Shown here piece by piece: positions 1-11,962 of a stretch of DNA of 64,000 nt. The notes under the pieces are model-generated. The model searched no databases. It had not been told where the DNA came from and saw nothing but the letters and a program-made list of their open reading frames with translations. This DNA comes from Octopus sinensis (taxonomy: Eukaryota), in the NCBI RefSeq assembly GCF_006345805.1, contig NC_043004.1:21514001-21578000 (forward strand). Direction: 5' to 3'. Every line of letters begins with the position of its first letter. Within the stretch, counting starts at the first letter, position 1. Position numbers and translations under genes: made by a program.

Positions 1-127
1 ATCATAACACAGTAGTAGTAGTGTTGATGCACTAGTTATTTATTAATCAAACTGACGCCTCTGAGTGATGCCAAGGATATGTTAATTTATTCATCATTTT
101 CTGAAGCATTAATCAATATGGCTTTAT

Positions 128-203
128 AAGCAGTATATCTGTGAAAAATTAATGAGGCTACACAGACACTGATGAAGTCTTGATAGAAAGACTGAAACAG
201 GTT
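128..203 (+). ncRNA. Degenerate type III hammerhead ribozyme-like motif
   Basis: GTA(133-135), stem I TATCTGTG/CACAGACA, core CTGATGA (169-175), stem II AGTCTT/AAGACT, GAAA (194-197), CAGGTT. Stem III has 2 mismatches and stem I has 1. Confidence 0.5.
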
Positions 204-389
204 CATTAATCCAGCAACATAAAATATTCTACAAAAACAAGTTGTTTACATTTGTCTAAATGCTCAGTCTTCATTAAAAATCTATAAGATATATCCTAGA
301 GTGCATCATGGAAAATGTATTATAGCATCCAAAATTCCAGTGTACCTTCTACATATTTCCTTGACTATTATTTGAGTTTTTGTAAAATG

Positions 390-662
390 TCACTAGAAGC
401 TAGGATCACCAAGCATAGATTGGCATATTTCGGTCATATTATGCTGAGAAAATCCCTGGAGGAGGACATCATGCTCAGAATGGTCAGTGGCAAGAGAGGA
501 AGAGGCTGACCAAGAACCCGCTGGCTTGACACCATCAAGAGTGATACCAGAATGGACATAGCCAATCTGAAAGAAGCGGCCCAGGATAGAACCGACTGGA
601 GGACACTGATCCAACGAGTGACCGAGAGTCGACTTCGACTGAGCGGTTAGAAGAAGAAGAAA
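390..662 (+). mobile_element. RTE-clade LINE 3' end fragment
   Basis: Translation RLAYFGHIMLRKSLEEDIML..GKRGRG*PRTRWLDTIKSDT..AAQDRTDWR, typical of the RTE C-terminus, followed by a (GAA)n tail. Confidence 0.85.
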
Positions 663-864
663 TCTTTTAATCATAGTCCTGTTTAAATTTACTTATATAT
701 AACAACAACCTAGTAGTTTTCATTATTTGTGTTAATCTAATATAGTAAATGTGAAAACTAATTTCTGTGTGTCAGTGTGTCACATTCCAACTCGCCCCTC
801 TCTCACTATTCATTGACACTCCTACTATTGCTCATGTTGGGGTAAGAGTAATAGTAGGCATAGA

Positions 865-1140
865 GATGGTAGTAGATTGGCAGATGTAATGGTAATGGGG
901 TGGTAGTAATAGTATGAGCTGTAGTTGTGATAGAGACAGAGGCAGCGGCGACGGTGATGATGTTGGTGGTAGTAGCTGAAGCAGTCATGGACAATGGTGA
1001 TAGTAAGAAATGTGAAAGACAGTGGTGGAGGGGAAGGCGGTGAAGTCAAAGGTGGTGGCGTCAGAAGTCTGAATGATGTATGTATGGCAGTTGTGGTAGC
1101 AATGGTGGTGGTGGTACTGGTGATAGTGACAGTTGAAAAC
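865..1140. repeat. Degenerate (GGT/GAT/AGT)n low-complexity tract
   Basis: Trinucleotide-biased decayed microsatellite; explains the Thr/Val/His-rich ORFs called here. Confidence 0.7.
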
Positions 1141-1440
1141 AGAAAGAGAGAGAGTGAAAGAAAGAAAGAGGTTAGACAGAAAAAAATTGTACTGATCCCT
1201 GAATGAGAAGACAAAAAATGTTGCTTATCATGAAGTTTTGCATTAAGTTCTAAGTTGACAAATTTTATCATTGTTTTGATGAAAATTGTTCGTTGCCTGA
1301 AAAATATTGTTCAAGTTTAATAAAATTGAATACGTGCTCAATGCATGAAGTGTTATTGTTAGGTCCAAGGCCCAATGAAGAGACCTCTTATCGGGCAGCT
1401 TTTAAGCTAGTTTTTAATAGACAGACATTTTCCTTCTTTA

Positions 1441-2322
1441 TTAGGTCGTCATGTATGAAATTTGTAGTAAAGTAAATGGTAAACTTTGACAGCTGCTCAT
1501 TTTGCGCCATTATTATATTTTAAAAATCTTTATTTTTTTGTTAGAAAGCTGGTACATCTATTTCTTTATTCTAACTCATTTTGCACTTTATAAAGTATTT
1601 ATAAATCGTTTTTTGCTATTTTTGTTTAGAGATGGCTAAGTCAGAAATTCATACAGTTTTGAAATATGAGTTCTTTCTAGGAAATTCAGCATCACAGACA
1701 GCTTGGAATATCAATGGAGTATTTCATTCTGATGTTATTACAAAGCAGACAGTATCAAATTGGTTTTCAATATTTCAGTCTGGTAACTTTGACCGCATAA
1801 ATGAGCAATGCAGTCGACTGGAAACAAAGGTGGATAGTGACAAACTGAAAGCATCTCAAAGTGCCCGTGAATTATTGTTGTTGTTTGGTGCTAACAAGCG
1901 AACAATATTGACTCACTTAGTTCAAATCTGTAAAGTGAAAAAGTTGGATAGGTGGGTTCCCCATGAACTCAATGAAAATCAGAAACAGCAACGTTTGGAA
2001 GCCTGCATTATGCTACTTTATCGTCACAATGTTGGAAGTTCTCCATTATCCACCTTACTCATCTGATCTTTCCCCCACTGACCACCACTTCTTCCAGAAT
2101 TTGGATAACATTTTGATTGGAGAAAAATTTAATTCCAATGATGCTGTAAAACAAGCCTTCCAAGATTTTACTGACTCTTGGACAAGCTACTGCTGAAATG
2201 GCAAAAGTGTATTGATAATATGGCTGCATACTTTGATGAATAAAACTATTCTTCGTATTAATAAAACGTTAGGAAACTGTTTTTTTCCTTTCTGCAAATT
2301 TCATACTTGATGACCTACCTAA
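1441..2322 (+). mobile_element. Internally deleted mariner transposon with both TIRs and TA TSD
   Basis: TIR TTAGGTCGTCATGTATGAAATTTG (1441-1464) versus CAAATTTCATACTTGATGACCTA(CC)TAA (2295-2322), flanked by TA. The N-terminal HTH with WVPHEL is fused directly to the YSSDLSPTD motif, so the catalytic core is deleted. Confidence 0.92.
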
Positions 2323-3706
2323 TACATCAATTTCTTCATTATGTTTGGACACATCATATAACTGACAGCTCAAATCATGATATCAATTTCTGTTCATTAA
2401 AATTAATATCCAAATGGCAAATACTATTTTAACTTGTTTTTTTAAAAATCAAAAACTATTTCTATTTTGTAATTCAGCTAAATATCAGTTCTTGAATAGG
2501 TCAAAAATTAAAACTATCCATCTGACACCAATCCATCAAATGATAGCCTTCCAATGTCATTAATTATATTGTGGAAGAGACTTTTAGTCAGTAACTATCA
2601 GTGATCAGGTCATAGAAGTGCGACAGAACTTTTTGGCATAACAAACTTGACTATTAAAAAAAAAAATGGAAATGATTACTAATGACTAAAATGTGTGAAT
2701 ATAACGGTTGTGTGTTGTTGCTAAATTACAAAATTGACTCCTCTGTGATGTGATTCTTAGAGTTTCGTATGAAGCCACTTTTCAAACAAGAACTTTTATT
2801 AATTTTGCATTTGTAGCCTTGAAGTATGTAATTACATGTATTATCTATAGACTGCTTTAACCAATGCTTCATGAGTACAATCTGGTCATTGGACACAGCC
2901 AAAGCCTGTTGAAGAGATTGTTTCTTTGGTGGTTGACATTATCTGTCATCTGGTTAAATGAAGCCACTATGCTGTAAGCATTATGGTCAAGTGATAGCTT
3001 ACTTCTTTCTTTCCAAAATTACAGTGGCTAGTAAAAAAAAGTCACATCACTTCTTCCCTACTGTAAGTCATTAAAAATAATTAAAATATTTAAAATATTT
3101 TGAAATCTCCAATTTTTTTAATGAAACTAAATTTGAAAACTAACCCATTATTTTTAGTTATTAGCAGAAAATTTAGCTTGCAGTCTGCTTCAAATTTTCA
3201 TCAATTTACTGTATCAAATGATAAATTAAGTAAACTTCATAAACACATTTCAAAGTGTAGAATTATTGAACAACATATTGAATTATTGTTGGGAATGACT
3301 TCTTTAGCTATCACAAATTCCTCGCTTCAACTCTTTTGTTCAATTATTAAACCTGCTTCAAATTAAGAAATATATGCATAGGGGTGTGCAGGCCAAATCA
3401 GATGGGAGAAAGTCAGATATGCACAGCTGATATGGGCCTCATGTGCATGTATGTGTGTGTGTGTGTGTGTGTGTTGCTGTATGTATGTGTGCATGAAATT
3501 GTGTGTGTTTGTGTGTATAGTTCTTGTTTAATAGGTTAAATGAGACAAAAAGAGCCAGCGCCCATCATCTTTTCATTATTCTGAGACTGGTGATTTTGAT
3601 GCTGCCAATGTTAAACTTAAATATCTGGAGATCAAGGTCTGATGGAAAGGGAAGTTGAAATAATTCAGAGTAGAATGTCTGGACAAATAACTTAACTGTT
3701 AACATG

Positions 3707-4112
3707 CTCTCTTTTATTCTCTTTTACTTGTTTCAGTCATTTGACTGCGGCCATGCTGGAGCACCACCTTTAACCGAGCAACTTGACCCCGGGAATTATT
3801 CTTTTGTAAGCCCAGGACTTATTCTATTGGTCTCTTTTGCTGAACCGCTAAGTAATGGGGACATAAACACACCAGCATCGGTTGTCAAGCAATGCTAGGG
3901 GGACAAACACAGACACACAAACACACACACGCATATATATACATATATACGACGGGCTTCTTTCAGTTTCTGTCTACCAAATCCACTCACAAGGCTTTGG
4001 TCAGCCCAAGGCTATAGTAGAAGACACTTGCCCAAGGTGCCACGCAGTGGGACTGAACCCGGAACCATGTGGTTCGTAAACAAGCTACTTACCACACAGC
4101 CACTCCTGCACC
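3707..4112 (-). mobile_element. tRNA-derived SINE, type A (about 400 bp, internal microsatellite)
   Basis: Head GCAGGAGTGGCTGTGTGGTAAG..GGTTCAGTCCC (A/B box-like), central TA/TG tract, tail ..GACTGAAACAAGTAAAAGA; many homologous copies in this window. Confidence 0.9.
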
Positions 4113-5384
4113 CTGCATGTATAGTTTTTTAATGTTGCTGTTATTGTTTAGCCTTGGATTAATTCTGACTATTTGGTCCAATGATCAAAGGGATTCCAGC
4201 TGTAAACGGGCCATCTTTTCCCCAAAAACATTATCCAATATATACTTTTTAAGATGGTCTGGTGTGATTCATAAGAAATATAAGTGATTACATAGAGACA
4301 CTTTTATTAGCTTATAATGATTTCAATCAGTTGATTTGATAAAAGGTGCTACAGCCATCATCTTCATATCTGTTCTGAGACCAGAGGTTTATAACTGAAT
4401 GCATGCTTATGTAAGTGTTTATGTGTCTTGCAAAATATCAAATTTTTTGGTGAACATCTGATGTGAAGGACAACAATAAAGAAATAAGTAAGAGTATGTA
4501 TGCATATGTGTTTGTATATACTTTTGAATTACAGATAAGTTAGTGTTTGGTGGGAGGACCAAGAACTAAAATTTATTCTCATAAGCCATATGATATTATC
4601 ATAAACTTCCACTAATAATTACATCAACATTTTGTTAGAAATGCAAATTTCTTTTTTTATATTCTTTTCATGACAAAGTCGTCTTTAATATTCTTTCTGC
4701 TGTGAAATAGAAAGAGGATAGAAATATAAAATCTTCCAATTAAAACCATTCAACTCAAAAGCGTGTGAACCAAAAGTAAGATTTACAAACCTGATTATAA
4801 ACTAAGAACTTTGATGTCAAACATCAGTGATGTTTCACTGAATACAGTACTGATTAATATTCAGATTATATACACTAACACAATCATACTCTTATACAGG
4901 CACACATAAACATGAACACATATAGATACACATAATTATACATATATGTATGTCTACAGATGTGTGTATTAACACACACACATACATATGCATATATGTG
5001 TGTGTTTCATTCCAAGATTATCTGCAACATTTGCTTATGTAGTTGAAAAGTAGTTGAGCAACAAGCAACTATGGAAATCCTTTGGAAGAAAAATTTGACA
5101 CGATTAACAGGCTGGCATATTTCTTGTTCTTTGGGTTTAAATTTATGGCTGAGTTCCAAACAGGATTATCATTTTGTTAAGTAAACTTTGACTAGGATTT
5201 GCAACATTGTTTATATGAAAACAAAAGCATCCATATAAAGAAAATCATACGTTATATCTGATTTTCGTTATATGCGTGTGTATATACATGTGTGTGTTTG
5301 TGTGTGTGTGTGTGTGTATGTTTGTGTGTGTGTTTGTGTGTGTTTGTGCGTGTATGTTTGTTTGTGTGTATGTGTATTGATATG

Positions 5385-5396
5385 TGAGTATATATA

Positions 5397-5427
<31 letters not shown>

Positions 5428-5485
5428 CATATACATTTATTTATATCAATATACATAATATTCACATATATTATATATATAATAT

Positions 5486-5516
<31 letters not shown>

Positions 5517-5578
5517 AAATATATATATTGATATATGCATATATATATATATATATATATATATTGATATATGCATAT

Positions 5579-5631
<53 letters not shown>

Positions 5632-5662
5632 GTATATATATATTGACATATATATATATGAA
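5385..5662. repeat. Compound (TA)n microsatellite, preceded by (TG)n at about 5275-5375
   Basis: Direct sequence. Confidence 0.95.
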
Positions 5663-5689
5663 TAGCTTCATGCCTAAAACTGGTAGGCT

Positions 5690-5990
5690 ATAGTTCGGGT
5701 GCTTGTTAGGGTAGTCTATCTTTACTTTAATACTTTGCTGAATGGAGTTAGCTATTTACTGGATGTCCTCCATAGTGTTAGCTTCTAGGTCACCATTGAG
5801 ATTCCTATCCTATGAATAAGTTAGCCACATTGCCAGTGATACTGACACTGATGGCTGCACCTTCCTCTTGGATGCATATCTTGTTATTAAACTTAAATAT
5901 GCGGCCCTTGAATGTGATTTTGGTACTCGTACCCACTGCAAGTGTGACCAGATCCTTCACTCCCATTGCGGACAATGCCAAGTTCAAATT
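5690..5990 (-). mobile_element. Penelope-like element RT fragment
   Basis: FKFNNKICIQEEGAAISVSITGNVANLF resembles the PLE RT motif (F.FN...Y.Q..G.A.G.......ANLFM). Confidence 0.75.
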
Positions 5991-5994
5991 CTTA

Positions 5995-6800
5995 TAGCAA
6001 ACTTAGTGAGAGTGATGAGGAATTTCATTAAATTTACACAGTAAATTTCATTGTCTCGACCACGGTCGAACAGTGATGATGATAGATCACAGAGGCTACA
6101 AATATAGCAATAGACAGACTGAGCCTCAACAGAAAATACAAATGGAACAATTACAACCACCACCATACCCCCACGACTTGATGGATAAAGACAGATACAA
6201 ACAATGTAATACACACACAATAGACAAATATGCACATACCGATGATAGATATAAGAAATAGAGAAATAGAGACAGATAAAAAAAAAGAAAACTGTATTAA
6301 GGGCACAGATACAAACAATGTAGGAAGTAAAACCATATACACATACAAACACACGTACAGTAACTTCACAGACGACTGCAACAATATTAACAATGCGACC
6401 AAAAATGACAACAGCAACAACATTAAAAACAATGGCAACAACAACAACTACCATGATGGCAGCAGTATGGGTGAACACGCAAAGACAGAGAGATACAGGA
6501 ACAGTACCAAAAATCGGGTTCAACGGCAGCAGCAGTGGCAAAGGGGAGGGGGCTTAGGGAAGGGTCATAGTGCTACTAAGAACTATCACACACACACATA
6601 CACTCATGTATGCACATGCATATGAGGATACACATCATAGAAGAACAGAATGGAATAAACAGAGCAAGGGCACACTCGAAGATGGAAAGTGTCACTGAAG
6701 AAGCTGCAGACGTGATGGACATAGGTTAGAATAAGAACAGTAATAAACACGTGAAGAACGAATATATAATGCGTGAGTTTATTTGGCAAAATATATGACC
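5995..6800 (+). mobile_element. Penelope-like element endonuclease C-terminus and 3' region
   Basis: MM*ITEATNIAIDRLSLNRKYKW parallels IRQITEATHIIENKPSMNRKLEW of the PLE at 36.8 kb; the downstream AC-rich 3' region is similar in both copies. Confidence 0.65.
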
Positions 6801-6816
6801 ATCTCAAACAACAACA

Positions 6817-6854
<38 letters not shown>

Positions 6855-6879
6855 ATGTGCTTGTGTGTGTGAATATATA

Positions 6880-7075
6880 TGTCTAGTTGAAATTTATAGA
6901 AAAACAAGACAGGTGTATGAACAACAAGCAAATGTATTAGTTTGATGCTCAGGAAAAATGAAAAAGTCTTTTACATTTCGAGCCTATGCTCTTCAACAGA
7001 AAGGAATAAGAGGAAATAAACAGAGAGAGAATGAAAAACACATGTGGATTTCAGTGGGCCGGATGAGGGGTGGTG
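6880..7075 (-). mobile_element. Short non-coding hammerhead-bearing element (PLE-derivative/retrozyme-like)
   Basis: Contains the hammerhead at 6968-7003 and shares a TTTCCTGAGCRTC box and overall layout with 61550-61745. Confidence 0.6.
6968..7003 (-). ncRNA. Minimal type I hammerhead ribozyme
   Basis: CTTT-CTGTTGA-A-GAGC(ATAG)GCTC-GAAA-T-GTA-AAAG: perfect stems I and II; one core variant (CUGUUGA). Confidence 0.7.
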
Positions 7076-7207
7076 CTGAACACTCATACATATGAACATA
7101 CATACATGCATGCATAAATACATGCTTACATACACACTTGCTTATTCACATGCATGCACACATAACAGACATACATTCATACCCAACATGAATGCTTGCA
7201 TGTATAA

Positions 7208-7526
7208 CTGGCACTCCATTGGTTACGATGATGAAGGTTCCATTTGATCGATCAACAGAACGGCCTGCTTGTGAAATTAACATGCAAGTGGCTGAGCATT
7301 CCACAGACATGTGTACATTTAACACAGTTCTCAGGGGGCTTCTGCTAACACAATGTGACAAGGTTGACCCTTTGAAATACAGGTACTACTCATATTTGCC
7401 AGCTGAGTGGACAAGAGCAACATGAAATAAAGTGTCTTGCTCAAGGACACAATGCATTGTTGGGAATCAAACTCACGACCTTACAACTGTGAGCCTAATA
7501 CCCTAACCAATAAGCCATGCACCTTC
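7208..7526 (-). mobile_element. tRNA-derived SINE (type E head with type C tail)
   Basis: Head followed by GTGTCCTTGAGCAAGACACTTTATTTC core and a tail homologous to 24029-24200. Confidence 0.8.
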
Positions 7527-8509
7527 ACTATATGTACACATAAATACACACATGCATACATATGTACAAGAAATTGACATTTAATAGAAAATTCAGATTA
7601 TTTTACTCATATTTATTTCTTTTCTTAGATACTGAAAAAAAAAAATCCCTTTTGAAAATAAAATTTGAATAAGTTATATAATAAGAATATAGTTATGATA
7701 TAAACTTTCATTGCATTCGTTTAGACAAAATATCGAATATATCTGGTTTCGTGTGACATAATAATTTCCTGTTTTACATTTTATTCATTCTATTTCATAT
7801 GCTTAGCATGAATTATGAATTCGTATTCTCCCCTCTTCACATATAATCCTATTGCACTCAAAGAACAGATCACATTTTCAGACTACAAGACTGGCTTCTC
7901 TCTCTCCTATATGTTTACATACAAAAGAAACCAGTTGCTTCTTTTATGTATTGGCTTAGATTCTCATTATGTTTCTTCAACAAATTCTTACTCATTCTTG
8001 TAGGTACATACTAGTGTTTGTGTGTGAGTGAGTATTTGTATCTCTGCTTCGTCTCTTCTTCTTGTCACTATCATGATAATTATCAAACATTTGTGGTGTC
8101 TGGAGATTGTTGTTAGACAATGAGGCATTATAAATCCAAACGGAGACATTCAGGCAATGAGGCTCATCAGATGTTACATCTAAATTAAGCATATGTTCTA
8201 AATTATCCTTAGTTCACCCGCTATTTTGGTTACCCATTTGATAAATCATAGCAAACCTTTTGTACCCTATATTTTTTTCATCTATCCTATTTTACCTGTT
8301 TCAGTGAAAAATTATTTGCCTCCACACTACAAAACCATTTTAGAAACAGTAATATTCAAATATTTGATATGGATGAACAATTTTATATTAATGTGTGTCC
8401 ATATACCCATATGTATGTATGTATATATATATATATATATGTACATTAGGTCAGACTGATGGATATATGTATGGTGTGTGTATGTGTGCATGTGTGTCTA
8501 TGTATGTGT

Positions 8510-8726
8510 AAGGCTGCGAGCTGGCAGAAACGTTAGCATGCCGGGCAATATGCGTAGCTGTGGTTTGTCTGTCATTACGTTCCAAGGTCGACTTTGCCTT
8601 TCATCCTTTCGGGGTCGATAAATTAAGTACCACTTACGCACTGGGGTCGATGTAATCGTCTTAATCCCTTTGTCTGTCCTTGTTTGTCCCCTCTGTGTGT
8701 AGCTCCTTGTGGGTAGTAAAGAAATA
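8510..8726 (+). mobile_element. tRNA-derived SINE, type B
   Basis: GGCTGCGAGCTGGCAGAAACGTTAGC head; core GGTCGACTTTGCCTTTCATCCTTTCGGGGTCGATAAATTAAGTACC (Deu/Nin-domain-like, from recall); tail AAAGAAATA. Confidence 0.88.
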
Positions 8727-9611
8727 TATGTATGTGTATGTATGTATATATGTATCTATCTATCTGTTTATACACACACACATGCACATACAATTATACA
8801 AAAAAAGGTATATATGAGGTATGTGTGTGCTGAGAGAAATGACCTGAAGTGGTCAGTGACATGTATTTCAATAGCATAGAGAAGTACCAGTATGTGAAAT
8901 ACCATACAACAAAAATTCTATATGTGAATACATGTGTGTGATGGTTTATGTCTATATGTATATGTGTGTATCATTTGCTGGAGGAGACAAATGATTTATG
9001 AAAAATCTGTACTCTCTTGAATGGAGTTGCAAATATTCATTTTATTTTCATGGAAATACAGCATACCATTAATCAATTATTAGAAACACGTAACCAGCAA
9101 CAACAATGCTATAGTTTCATAATTCAGGTTTTAAATTAATAGGTATATTAATAAATGACATAACATAACATATTTATGTTCTTGGAGAATCGTATACACT
9201 AATTGCAAATTCAGTAACCAAAATCTTGATGCGTACATGAATGAGCATGTGAAAGTATGTACACATACTTGCCTACATACAAGCATACTTTTATATGCAT
9301 ATACAGTATCGCAGTATCACTCAGATCCTTAGATACTGTTGGACACCACTGGTCACAATGTGCTTCCAATTCTGTCTTGATTGCATCATTCTTTTCCAGC
9401 TTGACCCAGATTGGTTAACTAAATTACCTTCCTACAGTCATAGAAGCCTTCCAAGTAGCCTTTTCCAATCTTTTGGATACCTTTGTATGAGTCCACCTAT
9501 TGTCTGTGAATTTTGCAATTTTTGTATTCTGTGACTATGTTCACTCTGCTCTGTTTTTAAATTATCTCATTTCAAATATGTTCTCAAATGATATTCCTTG
9601 CATAGATCTGA

Positions 9612-9622
9612 GATGATGATGG

Positions 9623-9701
<79 letters not shown>

Positions 9702-9808
9702 GGTGGTGATGATGATGGTGATGATGATGATGGTGATGATGATGATGATGGTGGTGGTGATGATGATGGTGGTGGTGGTGGTGGTGATGATGATGATGAT
9801 GATGATAA
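9612..9808. repeat. (GAT/GGT)n trinucleotide microsatellite inside the RTE relic
   Basis: Direct sequence; source of the poly-Met and poly-Ser ORFs. Confidence 0.97.
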
Positions 9809-10345
9809 TGGTTTCAACTTTTGGTCCCTTGCATTGTAGCCTGTCATGTTCTATCTTCTTTGTAGCAGCTCATGCCTACTTGTGTATAAGAGCACAGGTA
9901 AGATGGTGTTATTGAAGAGTCTGGCATGTATGATTTGTCTATCTTTGTTTTGGGCATATCCTTTATTGAGCTGAAGGCCTTCTATCCTACCCTTATGCTC
10001 CTTGAAACGTCAGCATCCATATCTTTAAGTAAAACTAATCCTTTACCTCCTTGATTTCGTTGCTTCCTACCCCAGCTTAGCCTTCTGCTTCATCTTCTGA
10101 CCGTGTACATTTTGTTTTTATGTGGTTCATTTAAAGACCTACTGCTAAGTTCTGCATGTCTTGCTCTGTTAGCATAATCTGCAGTTTGTGTGTAGATTCA
10201 GTGATGAGTACAGTGTCATCTGTGGATTGAAAGTGTGTTACTTGCTCACCATTGATGTTCATGTCACCTGTCCAGTCATAATGTTTGATGACCATTTCTG
10301 GATATACAGTAAGAAGCTTTGAAGTGATGGTATATCTTTACTTGA

Positions 10346-10581
10346 TGTAAGGCGGCGAGCTGGCAGAATCGTTGGCACGTCGGACGAAATGCTTAGCGGT
10401 ATTTCGGCTGCCGTTACGTTGTGAGTTCAAATTCTGCCGAGGTCAACTTTGCCTTTCATCCTTTCGGGGTCGATAAATTAAGTACCAGTGACGCACTGGG
10501 GTCGATATAATCGACTTAATACCTATGTCTGTCCGTGTTTATCCCCTCTATGTTTAGCCCCTTGTGGGTAATAAAGAAATA
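10346..10581 (+). mobile_element. Type B SINE with 17-bp TSD, inserted in the RTE RT
   Basis: TSD GGTATATCTTTACTTGA at 10329-10345 and 10582-10598. Confidence 0.95.
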
Positions 10582-11962
10582 GGTATATCTTTACTTGACA
10601 CCCTTCTCAGTTGCTATCTTACTGGCAGTGACAACAGAGCTGTATATATTGTGCATCCAGTGTTCATATCGCTGAGCATTTTGATGTATTGTAACTCAAC
10701 ATCTTGCATTTCCAAAGATTTCAACACTGTGCTCATCTCAAAGCTACTAAAGGTGTATTTGTAATCCATAAAAGCAATACACAGAGGAAGCTTGTTCTTT
10801 GAGCTATGTTAGATTGAATATGTGGGCTCTCATACAGTAGTTCATATGGAAACCTGCTTGCTTTCTCTGCTGTTGGCCAATGAGGTGTTTTGATAATCTG
10901 ATGACTATGACCTTTGTAATCAATTTATAGGGGTAAGACAAGAAGTATATGGGGAAATAGTTTTTAAATCTTCTTTATCACCTTTCTTATGAAGCAGGAT
11001 GGTATTTGACTCTTTCTACAGTATTCTATCCTCCTTCAGATAGCAATTGAAGTGTAATATGAGGATTTTACACATTTTGATATCTTTGTTGTGATACCAT
11101 CTTTCCCAGGGGCTTTGTCTGTTTACATTAGTTTGGGGGCATTTTCAATGTCACTGGGCAGAGTAGGTGGTACGTCTTCCACTATTTGTGGCTATAGGCA
11201 ATCAAGCTTCACTGATGATTTTAAAAGGTTAGTGAAGAAGATTTTGCATACCTCTTCCATCTCTCCTTTGTCTCACACCATGAACCCATCCTTGTAGTTA
11301 AATACCATCACTTCTGATCTATAGAGTTCCAGCCTTCTACAGTTTTTTTAAACTTTTCCTTTCCTCTGCAGCCTTCATCAGATTATTCAGTCTATAATTC
11401 TCAAAATCATTTCTGAGATGTTTTCCGATTGCTGTGTAGAGAATGGAATACCCAAGGTGATCTTTTGTGTTCCTTGTCAGTTTCCCATTTCTCTAGCAGT
11501 TTCTGTCTCCTCTGATATTCTTCCATCTGCTAGCTTGCAGTATTTGCTTTCCATATCCAGTTTTCAATTTTCTGGACTAGATAATTGTAATCCTCATCTA
11601 GCTCCTCAAATTGACTCCACATTTCCTTCTTGATAGCTTCCTGCAACTATTTCACTTCAAGATTTTGGCATGTTGATTCTTGATTGAGACACGCAGAGGC
11701 TTTATTCTCTCTGATTTCATTGAACATGATCTTTGTGCTTAGCAAGCAATGATCAATGCCTATGTTGAATGGCACTACTATGGAGACAGTAGAATGGCAC
11801 TGTCTACTGAACAAGATGTAGTCAATTTCATTTTTGTATCGAGCATTTGAGGATATCCAAGTCCATCTCCTTTAGATTCTTTCCTGTACAGGCTGTTCCT
11901 AATGAATGCCAAGAAATCCTTGAAATAGCATAACTCTATAAGTTTAATGTAATGCTGTGGTA

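Larger units (their letters stand above)
9300..11960 (-). mobile_element. Degraded RTE-clade LINE (APE C-terminal half, RT and C-terminus)
   Basis: Motifs RRWTWISSNARYKNEIDYIL (APE), LPLCIAFMDY, NINGEQVTHFQSTDDTVLI (RT) and YPKDWKRLLGR. Many stops; interrupted by a microsatellite and a SINE. Confidence 0.88.

Noticed and set aside
5245-5671. ORFs of YI/CV/HT repeats (also near 17.7, 28.9, 29.3, 35.9, 44.9, 47.6 and 49.9 kb)
   Set aside because: Translations of (TA)n, (TG)n and (CA)n microsatellites.
9584-9915. Poly-Met and poly-Ser/Pro ORFs; poly-His ORF at 48730-49017
   Set aside because: Trinucleotide microsatellites with no coding context.
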